Source of the DNA: Spirochaetales bacterium | GTDB lineage: Bacteria > Spirochaetota > Spirochaetia > Sphaerochaetales > Sphaerochaetaceae | Assembly (NCBI GenBank): GCA_017629575.1 | Contig: JAGBWX010000008.1 | Span: 1 to 53,161, forward strand | Direction: 5' to 3' | Length of the DNA stretch: 53,161 nucleotides | In this document: in pieces, positions 7,303-17,598 of the stretch | Position numbering within the stretch: the stretch's first letter is position 1 | Layout of the letters: every line of letters starts with the position of its first letter | The notes under the pieces: generated by a model | Told to the model about the DNA's origin: nothing | The model's input: only the letters and a program-made list of their open reading frames with translations | Database searches by the model: none | Made by a program: the position numbers and the translations under genes

Positions 7303-8640
7303 ATGTACGAACTCGATAAATTTATGGCAGAACTTGAGAGAAAGAATCCTGCTGAGCCAGAATTCATCCAGGCTGCTAAGGAAGTTATTGCTTCAGTTAT
7401 AGATGTTGTTAATGAGAACCCTGTTTACCTTAAGAATAGAATTCTTGACAGAATCACAGAACCAGACAGAGTTATTTCATTCAAGGTTGAATGGGAAGAT
7501 GACAATGGTAACGTTCAGGTAAACCGCGGTTACAGAGTTCAGTTCAACAACGCAATTGGACCTTACAAGGGCGGCTTAAGATTCCACCCATCAGTAACTC
7601 AGGGCTCACTCAAGTTCTTAGGCTTTGAGCAGACATTCAAGAACTCTCTTACATCACTCCCAATGGGCGGTGGTAAGGGTGGTTCAGACTTCGCTCCAAA
7701 GGGCAAGTCAGACGCAGAAATCATGCGCTTCTGCCGCTCATTCATGACAGAGCTTCAGAAGTATATCGGACCAAACACAGACGTTCCTGCTGGTGATATC
7801 GGTGTTGGCGCTAGAGAAATCGGTTTCCTCTATGGCCAGTACAAGAGAATCAGAGACGAAAACACAGGCGTTCTCACAGGTAAGGGCCTCACATACGGTG
7901 GTTCACTCGTAAGACCAGAGGCAACAGGTTACGGCACAATGTACTTCGCTAAGAACATGCTTGAAGCAGCTGGCGATACAATGGTTGGCAAGAGAATTGC
8001 AGTTTCTGGCTTCGGTAACGTTGCTTGGGGTGCTTGTGTTAAGGCAACTCAGCTCGGTGCTAAGGTTGTTACAATCTCAGGTCCAGATGGCTACATCATC
8101 GACGAAGATGGCGTTGGCACACCAGAGAAGTGGGAGTTCATGCTCCAGCTCAGATCATCAAACAATGACGTTGTTAAGCCATATGCTGACAAGTTCGGTT
8201 GCACATTCGTAGCTGGCAAGAAGCCTTGGGAAGTTCCAGTAGACATGGCATTCCCATGCGCAATCCAGAACGAGCTCAAGGAAGAAGATGCAAAGACTCT
8301 TATCGCTAACGGCGTTAAGTATGTTGTTGAAACATCTAACATGGGTTGTACACTCGAAGCTGCAGAAGCATTCCAGAAGGCAAAGGTAGGCTTTGCTCCT
8401 GGTAAGGCTGCTAACGCTGGTGGTGTTGCTGTATCAGGTCTCGAAATGTCACAGAACGCTGAGCACCTCTCATGGACAGCAGAAGAAGTTGACGAGAAGC
8501 TCAAGACTATCATGAAGTCTATCCACGATGCATGTATCAAGGAAGGCAGAGAAGCTGACGGCTACATCAACTACATCAAGGGTGCTAACATTGCTGGCTT
8601 CAGAAAGGTTGCTGATGCAATGTGCCAGATGGGTTACTAA
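7303..8640 (+). CDS. gdhA: NADP-specific glutamate dehydrogenase
   Basis: 445 aa. GPYKGGLRFHPSV, LPMGGGKGGSDFAPKG and GFGNVAWG (dinucleotide fold) are hallmark Glu/Leu/Phe/Val dehydrogenase motifs. Codon bias is very strong. Confidence 0.95.
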   Translation: MYELDKFMAELERKNPAEPEFIQAAKEVIASVIDVVNENPVYLKNRILDRITEPDRVISFKVEWEDDNGNVQVNRGYRVQFNNAIGPYKGGLRFHPSVTQGSLKFLGFEQTFKNSLTSLPMGGGKGGSDFAPKGKSDAEIMRFCRSFMTELQKYIGPNTDVPAGDIGVGAREIGFLYGQYKRIRDENTGVLTGKGLTYGGSLVRPEATGYGTMYFAKNMLEAAGDTMVGKRIAVSGFGNVAWGACVKATQLGAKVVTISGPDGYIIDEDGVGTPEKWEFMLQLRSSNNDVVKPYADKFGCTFVAGKKPWEVPVDMAFPCAIQNELKEEDAKTLIANGVKYVVETSNMGCTLEAAEAFQKAKVGFAPGKAANAGGVAVSGLEMSQNAEHLSWTAEEVDEKLKTIMKSIHDACIKEGREADGYINYIKGANIAGFRKVADAMCQMGY

Positions 8641-8674
8641 TAGGTAACAGACAATACCAATTTTCGATATGCTC

Positions 8675-8706
8675 ACTGGTCTCTCGTTTGGGAGACCAGT
8701 ATTTTT
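8675..8706 (+). terminator. Rho-independent terminator after gdhA
   Basis: Perfect 9-bp stem ACTGGTCTC (8675-8683) / GAGACCAGT (8692-8700), followed by ATTTTT. Confidence 0.75.
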
Positions 8707-8730
8707 CTCTCAGAAAGAGGTTCTTTCTGT

Positions 8731-9033
8731 TTAGATATCCAGTTCATATAGCAGCTCTTCGATGCATTGGTTGTCGAATATTTCATTCTCTATGAAAAAT
8801 CTGTAGATAATATCCATCCTCGTTGAAGGAGAGAAGGAGAAGCCTGCTCTTGAAAGAAGCTCCTCTGCTTCTTTTATGCTTAGGCAAAGTGCAACTGAAA
8901 GGGATAATGCTGTTTTTTTGCTAGGATGGTAGCTAGCATTTGACCGTATCTTTGAGAAGAGACGTCTATCGATATTTGCCCGCTTATAGATTTGACACTC
9001 GTTGAGATTTCTATCCCAGATGAGGCGCATCAA
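8731..9033 (-). CDS. Small conserved protein of the 'YKxAxIDRRxFSKIRS' family (putative HTH/DNA-binding), N-terminus uncertain
   Basis: CQIYKRANIDRRLFSKIRSNASYHPSKKTALSLSVAL...LLSRAGFSFSPS...FFIENEIF matches a widespread small protein family in gut anaerobes. Family-like sequence (TFQEHL) continues upstream of the only TTG/ATG starts (9033/9030). Confidence 0.55.
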   Translation of the reverse strand: MMRLIWDRNLNECQIYKRANIDRRLFSKIRSNASYHPSKKTALSLSVALCLSIKEAEELLSRAGFSFSPSTRMDIIYRFFIENEIFDNQCIEELLYELDI

Positions 9034-9173
9034 GTGCTCTTGGAAAGTTTCCTTTTTATCGTTGATGAGCTGCTTTAGATGCTTTTCAATTATATCATTG
9101 CTTGTTCTTTTGTTGTGTCCTGCGAATCTTTGCTCCTATGTCCTAGTTTTATCATAAGTAAAAAAAATAGCTA

Positions 9174-9250
9174 TCGCGGATGGAAGAATCGAACTTCCCT
9201 GATGACAAGCTTATGAGACTTGTGAGCGACAACCAGTGCTCCAATCCGCA
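9174..9250 (-). tRNA. tRNA-like gene with CAU anticodon (Met/Ile2-type), non-canonical details
   Basis: The minus strand folds as TGCGGAT-TG-GAGC-ACTGGTTGTC-GCTC-A-CAAGT-CTCATAA-GCTTG-TCATCAG-GGAAG-TTCGATT-CTTCC-ATCCGCG-A. It has a canonical T-loop, U33 and A37. It also has a U1.G72 pair, a 7-nt variable region and no encoded CCA. Confidence 0.5.
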
Positions 9251-9313
9251 GTTATGCTTTGAATATATCATATCAAGTCTGGAACAGGGTCGCCTGCGAT
9301 GGGACATTTTGCT

Positions 9314-9934
9314 CTACTTGAGCATATCCTTTGCTAGCAGATTTTCAAGAAACTTTCTGAAACCATTATGCACTGCATCTTGATCTACGCTTTTTTCTTC
9401 TAAGTCGTAATAGTATTTGCCGCTCTTGATATCCAAAGAAAGAGAGTCGAGAGGGAAGCCTGGAACTCTGTGAGGGTGTGGAATTGCTGAAAGGATGAAA
9501 GGCTCTGTCCAAAGAGATTCATCAAAGCTTGTGATTTTTCTGCCGTCAGAGAGAATGAGGCAAATAGCGTTTTTGTATCTGCCAACAAGCCTTCCACCAT
9601 GGTCTTCAGAAAGCTTGGAATAGTATTGGATCATTTCTTCGTCTGATAAGACAGAACCATTTACTCTTCGTATATTGAGACCTGGCTGAAGAGAGGAATC
9701 TATGCCATCGAAATAGAGCCCACTGTCACAGGAGAAGAGAGGGGTCTTCAAGACTTCAAAGTAAGCTTCTGCCTTTTTAATGGCATTTTCCAAAGGATTG
9801 TTTCCATTCTCAACAACCGAAGGGAGAGGCACTGAGACTTCATCTAAACCATAGATTTCAATGCTTAGTTCTCTTGCAATTTTCTGCATTGACAAAAGCT
9901 TCCCCTTGTTTGTTGTGGCATAGAGAAGTTTCAT
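9314..9934 (-). CDS. Ham1/RdgB-family non-canonical purine NTP pyrophosphatase-like protein
   Basis: 206 aa. The N-terminal YATTNKGKL matches the ATxNxxK motif, and the central SCDSGLYFDGI...QPGLNIRR is analogous to DDSGL..aL.g.PG. ATGA overlap with the upstream gene. Confidence 0.65.
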   Translation of the reverse strand: MKLLYATTNKGKLLSMQKIARELSIEIYGLDEVSVPLPSVVENGNNPLENAIKKAEAYFEVLKTPLFSCDSGLYFDGIDSSLQPGLNIRRVNGSVLSDEEMIQYYSKLSEDHGGRLVGRYKNAICLILSDGRKITSFDESLWTEPFILSAIPHPHRVPGFPLDSLSLDIKSGKYYYDLEEKSVDQDAVHNGFRKFLENLLAKDMLK

Positions 9935-11211
9935 GAATAGAATTCCTTATAAGTTTCGGCAATAATCTTAATGCCATCGCGAACAAGGTCATCTTCTCCT
10001 GAGTAGTTGATTCTCAGTGTCTTATTGTAGTGGTCATGTGGATAATCGAGGCCCCTCATTTGGTCTTCATGACCGAAGAAGAAATATTCTCCAGGAACTG
10101 TGATTACTCCTTTTTCCTTGAGGCGAGCATAGAACTCTTTTGATGGAATTGATAGGCGAGGGAGATAGAGCCAGCAGAAGATAGAGCCTTCGATTTTGTG
10201 GTAGAAATACTCAGTGTCAGCAAATGCACTCCTGATCCATTCCTCTGTCATTTCAGCTTTCTTCTTATAGAAAGGCCTTACGCAATCCCTTGCCATATCG
10301 GTGAGCTTGCCTGTTTTGATTAGGTCTTCTGCCAAGGCCTGTCCCATTGAGCCAGAGGCGAGAGCTGCAATGGCATTGATGTTGGCAATAGCCCCTGCAA
10401 CTTCCTTTCTAGCAATTATGATTCCTGTCCTGATTGATGGAAGACCAATCTTAGAAAGGCTCATTGAAAGAATGATGTTCTCATTCCAAACAGGTTCTGA
10501 GTCCTCTGTGAAGATTATATTTGGAAATGGAAGGCCATAGGCATTGTCGATCATGAGAGGGATTTTGTGTTCTGATGCAATCTCTGACAGAGCTGCGATT
10601 TCATCTGTTCTGAGAACATTGCCAGAGGGATTGGTTGGTCTTGATACGCAGATTGCTCCAACTTCGCTATGGGATTTCAGATATTCTCTGACTCCATCAA
10701 TGTCCAAAGAGTACTTGAAGGTTCTATCTTCATAGTAAGTGCATTTTGATGGAATGCTTACAAAAGTGTTCTTCTCGATTCCCTGATCTGCGTAGCCAAT
10801 ATATTCTGGCATCAAAGGAAAGAGCAAGGTCTTTTTTTCCTCTCCATAGGAGCCTGAAAAGAGGTTGAAAAGATAGAACATCGCACTCTGGCTGCCATTT
10901 GTGATTGCAACATTGTCCTTTGTGATATTCCAGCCATGCCTTGAGTTGAAGTACTCTACGATGCTATCGATGAAAGACATTCTGCCTTGAGGTGAATCAT
11001 AGGCTCCGATGATGCGTTCAAATGCATCTGTTTCCATCATTTTTTTCATCTCATTCCTGTACATTGTCTCAACTTCCCTGACCCTTGCAGGATTTCCTCC
11101 TCCAAGAGGATAAGGCTTAAGGCCCTTTCTGAGAGGCTTTCCAAGATCATCCATCAATAGTAGGATGCCCGAACGAGATGTAAGTTTCTTTCCAAAATCT
11201 GAGAATTCCAT
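9931..11211 (-). CDS. avtA: Valine-pyruvate (AvtA-type) class I aminotransferase
   Basis: 426 aa. The N-terminal FSDFGKKLTSRSGILLLMDDLGKPL...GGGNPARV closely parallels AvtA. The SLSKIGLP motif provides the PLP lysine. Confidence 0.8.
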   Translation of the reverse strand: MEFSDFGKKLTSRSGILLLMDDLGKPLRKGLKPYPLGGGNPARVREVETMYRNEMKKMMETDAFERIIGAYDSPQGRMSFIDSIVEYFNSRHGWNITKDNVAITNGSQSAMFYLFNLFSGSYGEEKKTLLFPLMPEYIGYADQGIEKNTFVSIPSKCTYYEDRTFKYSLDIDGVREYLKSHSEVGAICVSRPTNPSGNVLRTDEIAALSEIASEHKIPLMIDNAYGLPFPNIIFTEDSEPVWNENIILSMSLSKIGLPSIRTGIIIARKEVAGAIANINAIAALASGSMGQALAEDLIKTGKLTDMARDCVRPFYKKKAEMTEEWIRSAFADTEYFYHKIEGSIFCWLYLPRLSIPSKEFYARLKEKGVITVPGEYFFFGHEDQMRGLDYPHDHYNKTLRINYSGEDDLVRDGIKIIAETYKEFYS

Positions 11212-11306
11212 TCTTGAGATTGTATTAATAGAGTGGGTGGCATTTCAAGACAGAGCATCTTTTCAGTTTTTTGTTAAAAAAGGCCCACTTGGTGTATAAT
11301 CCAGAT

Positions 11307-12365
11307 ATGGACAGAAATTACTCTATTGAGCTACTAAAGAAGCTTTCTTTGGCTTTCGGACCTTCCGGTTATGAGGAAGAAGTAAAGGACATAATTTTAT
11401 CAGAGCTGGAGAGCCTGACTTGTGATGTCGAGGTCGATAGGATTGGAAACATCGTCGCAACATTCGGCAGAGGCGAGGATGCACATACTATTCTCTATTC
11501 AGCACACCAGGATGAGATTGGCTTCATCGTAAATGAAATCACAGCAGACGGCTTTTTAAAGATGTGGAATATTGGAGGATGGTCAACTTTGACAATCCCA
11601 TCCTCAGCAATTCTCATCAGAACTCAGAGTGGAGTTGATAGATATGGTGTATTCGGCCAAATTTCTCCTCATTTCTTGAAGAAGGGAGAAGCTCCTACTG
11701 TACCTCATTTAGAGGACCTCTTTGTTGATGTAGGGGCAAAGACAAAGGACGAAGTTATCAACGTGCTTGGAATCAACGTAGGCGATGTCGCAGTCCCATA
11801 CACAGATTTCGTATATATTCCTGAGACTGGAATTGCTATGAGCAAGGCTTTTGATTATAGAGTCGGCGTAGCAGCTCTCTTGGATCTGGCAAGGGAAATC
11901 TCTTCCAAGAATATGCTTCCAAAGAACAACGTAAAGATTGCATTCACTGTTCAGGAAGAAGTTGGCATCAGAGGCGCTGATGTTCTTTCCAGGTATGTAG
12001 ACGCAGATACTTGTATCGTTGTTGAGGGTGCCCCTGCGGACGATATGCCATCAAATTCAGCAGAAAGCCAGACGGGTGTCAGAAGAGGTGCTCATGTCAG
12101 AATCTTCGACCCTACACATATCGCATCTCCAGGGCTTCTCAGAAAGCTGAGAGCCGTTGCAAAGGAAAACGCGATTGTAACGCAGGAGGCAATCAGGCAC
12201 GGAGGCGGAACAGATGCATGCTATCTGTCTAGAGCATGCTATGGAATGGAGACTATTGTCACAGGTGTGCCTACTAGATACGCACATTGCCACAATAGTG
12301 TCATATCAATTGATGATTATGAGGAATTGGTAAAGCTTCTCGCTGCTGCCGCTTATGGTCTTTGA
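11307..12365 (+). CDS. M42 family glutamyl aminopeptidase / endoglucanase-like peptidase
   Basis: GPSGYEEEV, SAHQDEIGF and VQEEVGIRGA are M42 (FrvX/PepA) motifs. I prefer the ATG at 11307 because the track TTG start at 11271 lies in promoter-like AT-rich DNA. Confidence 0.85.
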   Translation: MDRNYSIELLKKLSLAFGPSGYEEEVKDIILSELESLTCDVEVDRIGNIVATFGRGEDAHTILYSAHQDEIGFIVNEITADGFLKMWNIGGWSTLTIPSSAILIRTQSGVDRYGVFGQISPHFLKKGEAPTVPHLEDLFVDVGAKTKDEVINVLGINVGDVAVPYTDFVYIPETGIAMSKAFDYRVGVAALLDLAREISSKNMLPKNNVKIAFTVQEEVGIRGADVLSRYVDADTCIVVEGAPADDMPSNSAESQTGVRRGAHVRIFDPTHIASPGLLRKLRAVAKENAIVTQEAIRHGGGTDACYLSRACYGMETIVTGVPTRYAHCHNSVISIDDYEELVKLLAAAAYGL

Positions 12366-12550
12366 TCTGGACCAAAAATGGATAAAAAGAAGACTTTAAT
12401 TCTTTAATCATTATCTATTTGCCCGTTTTAAGGTTGAAAGGCTTTTTAAGTTGGGATATTCTTAATAATGGTGCAATGGGCACTATATCCTTTTGGATGG
12501 ACGGTGGGAGAGACCACCTATATTATATTTTATTTTTGGAGTGTACTTAA

Positions 12551-15500
12551 ATGGCAGACAAGAAAATGGTAACAATTGACGGAAATACCGCTGCTGCGCA
12601 TATCGCATATGCTTTCAGTGACGTAGCCGCAATCTACCCAATTACTCCTTCATCACCAATGGGCGAGTATTCAGAACAGTGGTCTTCAGCAGGCAAGGAA
12701 AACCTTTGGGGCAAGAAGGTTGACATCATGGAAATGCAGTCTGAGGCTGGCGCAGCAGGTGCTGTACACGGCTCACTCGCAGCTGGTGCTCTCACAACAA
12801 CATTCACAGCTTCACAGGGTCTTCTTCTCATGATCCCAAACATGTACAAGATTGCTGGCGAAATGACACCAACAGTTTTCCATGTTTCAGCTAGAGCTAT
12901 CGCAGCACAGTCACTTTCTATCTTTGGTGACCATTCAGACGTTATGGCATGCCGCAACACAGGCTTTGCAATGACATGTGCATCATCAATCCAGGAAACA
13001 ATGGACATCGCTCTCGTAGCACACCTTGCTACACTTGAAGCAGAAGTTCCATTCCTCAACTTCTTCGACGGTTTCAGAACATCACACGAAATCCAGAAGG
13101 TTGAAGAAATCTCTTACGAAGACATCAAGACTATCCTCGACGAGAAGTACATCGAGCGCTTCAGAGCTAGAGCACAGCGCCCAGAGCATCCAATGACAAA
13201 GGTAGCTGCTCAGAACGAAGACGTATACTTCCAGGGTAGAGAAACAGTTAACAAGTATTTTGATGCACTCCCAGCTATCGTACAGAAGTACATGGACAAG
13301 GTTGCAACAATCACAGGCAGACAGTACCACCTCTTCGACTATGTTGGTGCACCAGATGCAGAGAACGTAGTTATCGTAATGGGTTCAGCAGCTGACACAT
13401 TCGATTGGGCTGTTAAGTACCTCAACGAAAAGGGTGAGAAGGTTGGTCTCTTAAAGGTAAGACTCTACAGACCATTCTCAGCTAAGGACATGGTTGCTGC
13501 TCTTCCTGCAACAGTTAAGAAGATCGCAGTTCTCGACAGAACTAAGGAAGTTGGTGCAACAGGTGAGCCACTTTATCTCGACGTTGTAGCAGCTCTCGCA
13601 CAGGAAGGCAAGTCTGGCATCAAGGTTATCGGCGGCAGATACGGTCTTTCTTCAAAGGACTTCACACCTACACACGCTAAGTCAGTATTCGATTTCGTTA
13701 AGAGAGACGACGCTTGGCACAACTTCACAGTTGGTATCGTAGATGACGTTACAAACAGATCTATCCCAACTTCTGCTCCAATCAACGTAACACCAGCTGG
13801 TGTTGTATCATGCATGTTCTATGGTCTCGGTTCTGACGGTACAGTTGGTGCTAACAAGAACTCAATCAAGATCATCGGCGACAACACAAACCAGAGAGCA
13901 CAGGCATACTTCGCATATGACTCAAAGAAGTCTGGCGGTATCACAATCTCACACCTCAGATTCGGCGAAGGCAACCTCGACATGCCATGGCTCATCGACC
14001 ATGCTGACTTCGTAGCTTGCCACAACCCAGCATATGTTGGCAGATATGACATGCTCGCAGCACTTAAGGAAGGTGGTGTATTCCTCCTCAACTCACAGAT
14101 TCCTTCTTCAGAAGTTTTCGATCACCTCACAAGAGACATGCAGGAAACTATCATCAACAAGAAGATCAAGTTCTACAACATCGACGCTCTTAAGATCGCA
14201 AGATCAGTAGGCCTTGGTTCAAGAATCAACACAGTTATGCAGGCTGCATTCTTCGCAATCGCAAACATCCTCCCACAGGAAGAAGCAATTGCTCTCATCA
14301 AGAAGTACATCCACAAGACATTCATCAAGAAGGGTGAAGACATTGTTAATAAGAACTGGGCAGCAGTAGACGCAGCTGCAGCAGCACTTGTTGAAGTAGC
14401 AGTTCCAGCAGAAATCACAAAGAGCTACGAGCCAAAGAGACTTGTTCCAGAAGATGCTGATGACTTCGCAAAGAACATCATCGAGAAGGTTATGCACCTC
14501 AAGGGTGACACAATCCCAGTATCACACATGTCTTACGACGGCAAGCTCCCAACTGGCACAGCTAAGCTCGAGAAGAGAGGCGTTGCAGCATTCGTTCCTC
14601 ACTGGGATAGCTCAAAGTGTATCCAGTGTAACCAGTGTGTACAGTCATGTCCTCACGCAGCTATCAGAGCAAAGCAGATCACACCAGAAGATGTAGCAGC
14701 AGCTCCAGAAGGCTTCACAGTAATCAAGTCAAATGCTAAGAACGACAGAAACCTCCAGTTCAGAATCCAGGTATACGTAGAAGACTGCCAGGGTTGTGGT
14801 GTTTGTGTTGAAGCATGTCCTGCAAAGGAAAAGGCACTTGATATGGTATCTGCAGATGCAGAGAGAGCAAACGGCGAAACAGCTAAGGCTGAATACTTCG
14901 AAAACCTCACATGGGACAACCTCGATGGTCTCAACATGAACACAGTTAAGGGTCTCATGTTCAAGCAGCCACTCTTCGAGTTCTCAGGCGCATGTGCTGG
15001 TTGTGGTGAAACACCATATGTTAAGATGCTTTCTCAGATCTGTGGCGAAAGAGCAGTTATCGCTAACGCAACAGGTTGTTCATCAATCTACTCAGGTACA
15101 TTCCCAACAATCCCATACACAAAGAGAGCTGACGGTCGTGGTCCAGCATGGGGTAACTCACTCTTCGAAGACAACGCTGAATATGGTCTTGGTATGAGAC
15201 TTGCTATCGACTCTAACAGAAGCCTCCTCAGAATGAAGGCAGATGCTCTTATTGCAGCTGGTTGTTCAGATGCTCTTAAGGCAGCTATCGAGAAGTGCTA
15301 TGGCCTCTGGGACGACATGACAGAAGCTTCAATCACAGCAGAGAAGGAAGTTCAGGCAGCACTCGCAGCTGAAACAGCTACAGATGCTAACAAGGCTCTC
15401 CTCGCTAAGGTTGTTGAGCTCCAGGATTACTTCACAGAGAAGAGCGTTCTCATCATCGGTGGTGACGGTTGGGCATACGACATCGGTTACGGTGGTGTTG

Positions 15501-16090
15501 ACCACGTAGTTGCTTCAGGCAAGAACGTTACAATCCTCGTTCTCGATACAGAAGTTTACTCTAACACAGGTGGACAGGCTTCTAAGGCTACTCCAATTGC
15601 TGCAGTTGCTAAGTTCGCTAACGCTGGTAAGCAGATTGGTAAGAAGAACATGGGCTTCATGTGCATGAGCTATGGCCACGCATACGTAGCATCATGTGCT
15701 CTCGGCTACAACAGACAGCAGGCTCAGAAGTGTCTCCAGGAAGCAGTTGCTTACAACGGACCTTCAATCGTATTCTGCTACGCTCCATGTATCAACCACG
15801 GTATCAACATGAGATACTCACAGGTTGAGGCTAAGAAGGCTGTTGAAGCTGGTTACTGGCCACTTTATAGATTCAACCCAGCTGCTGAGCAGGGCAAGAA
15901 GTTTACTTGGGAAACAAAGCCAGCAACAGGTGACTATGAAGAATTCATCAAGGGTGAGGTTAGATACTCATCACTCTACAAGACAAACCCAGAGCACGCA
16001 GACGAGCTCTTCGCTAAGGCAGCTGCAGATGCTAAGGAAAGACTTGCATTCTACGAAAAGTGTGGTGCAGTCATGGGCGAAATCCTCTAA
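12551..16090 (+). CDS. nifJ: Pyruvate:ferredoxin (flavodoxin) oxidoreductase, single-polypeptide type
   Basis: 1179 aa. Two ferredoxin-type 4Fe-4S motifs (CIQCNQCVQSCP, CQGCGVCVEACP) and a TPP-binding region GGDGWAYDIGYGG...VLDTEVYSNTGGQ. Codon bias is extreme. Confidence 0.95.
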   Translation: MADKKMVTIDGNTAAAHIAYAFSDVAAIYPITPSSPMGEYSEQWSSAGKENLWGKKVDIMEMQSEAGAAGAVHGSLAAGALTTTFTASQGLLLMIPNMYKIAGEMTPTVFHVSARAIAAQSLSIFGDHSDVMACRNTGFAMTCASSIQETMDIALVAHLATLEAEVPFLNFFDGFRTSHEIQKVEEISYEDIKTILDEKYIERFRARAQRPEHPMTKVAAQNEDVYFQGRETVNKYFDALPAIVQKYMDKVATITGRQYHLFDYVGAPDAENVVIVMGSAADTFDWAVKYLNEKGEKVGLLKVRLYRPFSAKDMVAALPATVKKIAVLDRTKEVGATGEPLYLDVVAALAQEGKSGIKVIGGRYGLSSKDFTPTHAKSVFDFVKRDDAWHNFTVGIVDDVTNRSIPTSAPINVTPAGVVSCMFYGLGSDGTVGANKNSIKIIGDNTNQRAQAYFAYDSKKSGGITISHLRFGEGNLDMPWLIDHADFVACHNPAYVGRYDMLAALKEGGVFLLNSQIPSSEVFDHLTRDMQETIINKKIKFYNIDALKIARSVGLGSRINTVMQAAFFAIANILPQEEAIALIKKYIHKTFIKKGEDIVNKNWAAVDAAAAALVEVAVPAEITKSYEPKRLVPEDADDFAKNIIEKVMHLKGDTIPVSHMSYDGKLPTGTAKLEKRGVAAFVPHWDSSKCIQCNQCVQSCPHAAIRAKQITPEDVAAAPEGFTVIKSNAKNDRNLQFRIQVYVEDCQGCGVCVEACPAKEKALDMVSADAERANGETAKAEYFENLTWDNLDGLNMNTVKGLMFKQPLFEFSGACAGCGETPYVKMLSQICGERAVIANATGCSSIYSGTFPTIPYTKRADGRGPAWGNSLFEDNAEYGLGMRLAIDSNRSLLRMKADALIAAGCSDALKAAIEKCYGLWDDMTEASITAEKEVQAALAAETATDANKALLAKVVELQDYFTEKSVLIIGGDGWAYDIGYGGVDHVVASGKNVTILVLDTEVYSNTGGQASKATPIAAVAKFANAGKQIGKKNMGFMCMSYGHAYVASCALGYNRQQAQKCLQEAVAYNGPSIVFCYAPCINHGINMRYSQVEAKKAVEAGYWPLYRFNPAAEQGKKFTWETKPATGDYEEFIKGEVRYSSLYKTNPEHADELFAKAAADAKERLAFYEKCGAVMGEIL

Positions 16091-16113
16091 TAGGGAAATA
16101 GCTTGAATATAAA

Positions 16114-16143
16114 GGCTGAACTCGAAAGGGTTCAGCTTTTTTT
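16114..16143 (+). terminator. Rho-independent terminator after nifJ
   Basis: GGCTGAAC / GTTCAGCT stem with an 8-nt loop, followed by T7. Confidence 0.8.
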
Positions 16144-16202
16144 ATGCCCAAAATCAATATTTATTTGTACAGAATTCAATTAAACAAAAATATTCCTATT
16201 AA

Positions 16203-17507
<1,305 letters not shown>

Positions 17508-17528
17508 TAATTCTTAAAAGCATTGTGA

Positions 17529-17563
17529 AGCATGTAGGGAGTATCTCCCTGCATGCTTTTCTT
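17529..17563 (+). terminator. Strong intercistronic hairpin + U-tract between mglB and mglA (partial terminator/attenuator)
   Basis: 12-bp stem AGCATGTAGGGA (17529-17540) / TCCCTGCATGCT (17546-17557) with one G.U and a 5-nt loop, then TTTCTT. Confidence 0.6.
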
Positions 17564-17598
17564 GGATTATAGGCGTCAAATCTGACGTGGGAGAAAAG

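Noticed and set aside
11271-11306. Leaderless-mRNA promoter (TTGTTA...TATAAT at 11295-11300) immediately upstream of the M42 peptidase ATG.
   Set aside because: The TATAAT is convincing, but it ends only 6 nt before the ATG and the -35 spacing is 18 nt. Without TSS data I cannot distinguish leaderless transcription from coincidence in AT-rich DNA.
12503-12518. GGTGG-gagaga-CCACC hairpin followed by AT/T-rich sequence in the nifJ leader, as a riboswitch or attenuator.
   Set aside because: The stem is only 5 bp and there is no recognisable aptamer-like structure upstream. The T-rich stretch also carries the Shine-Dalgarno context. The evidence is too weak.
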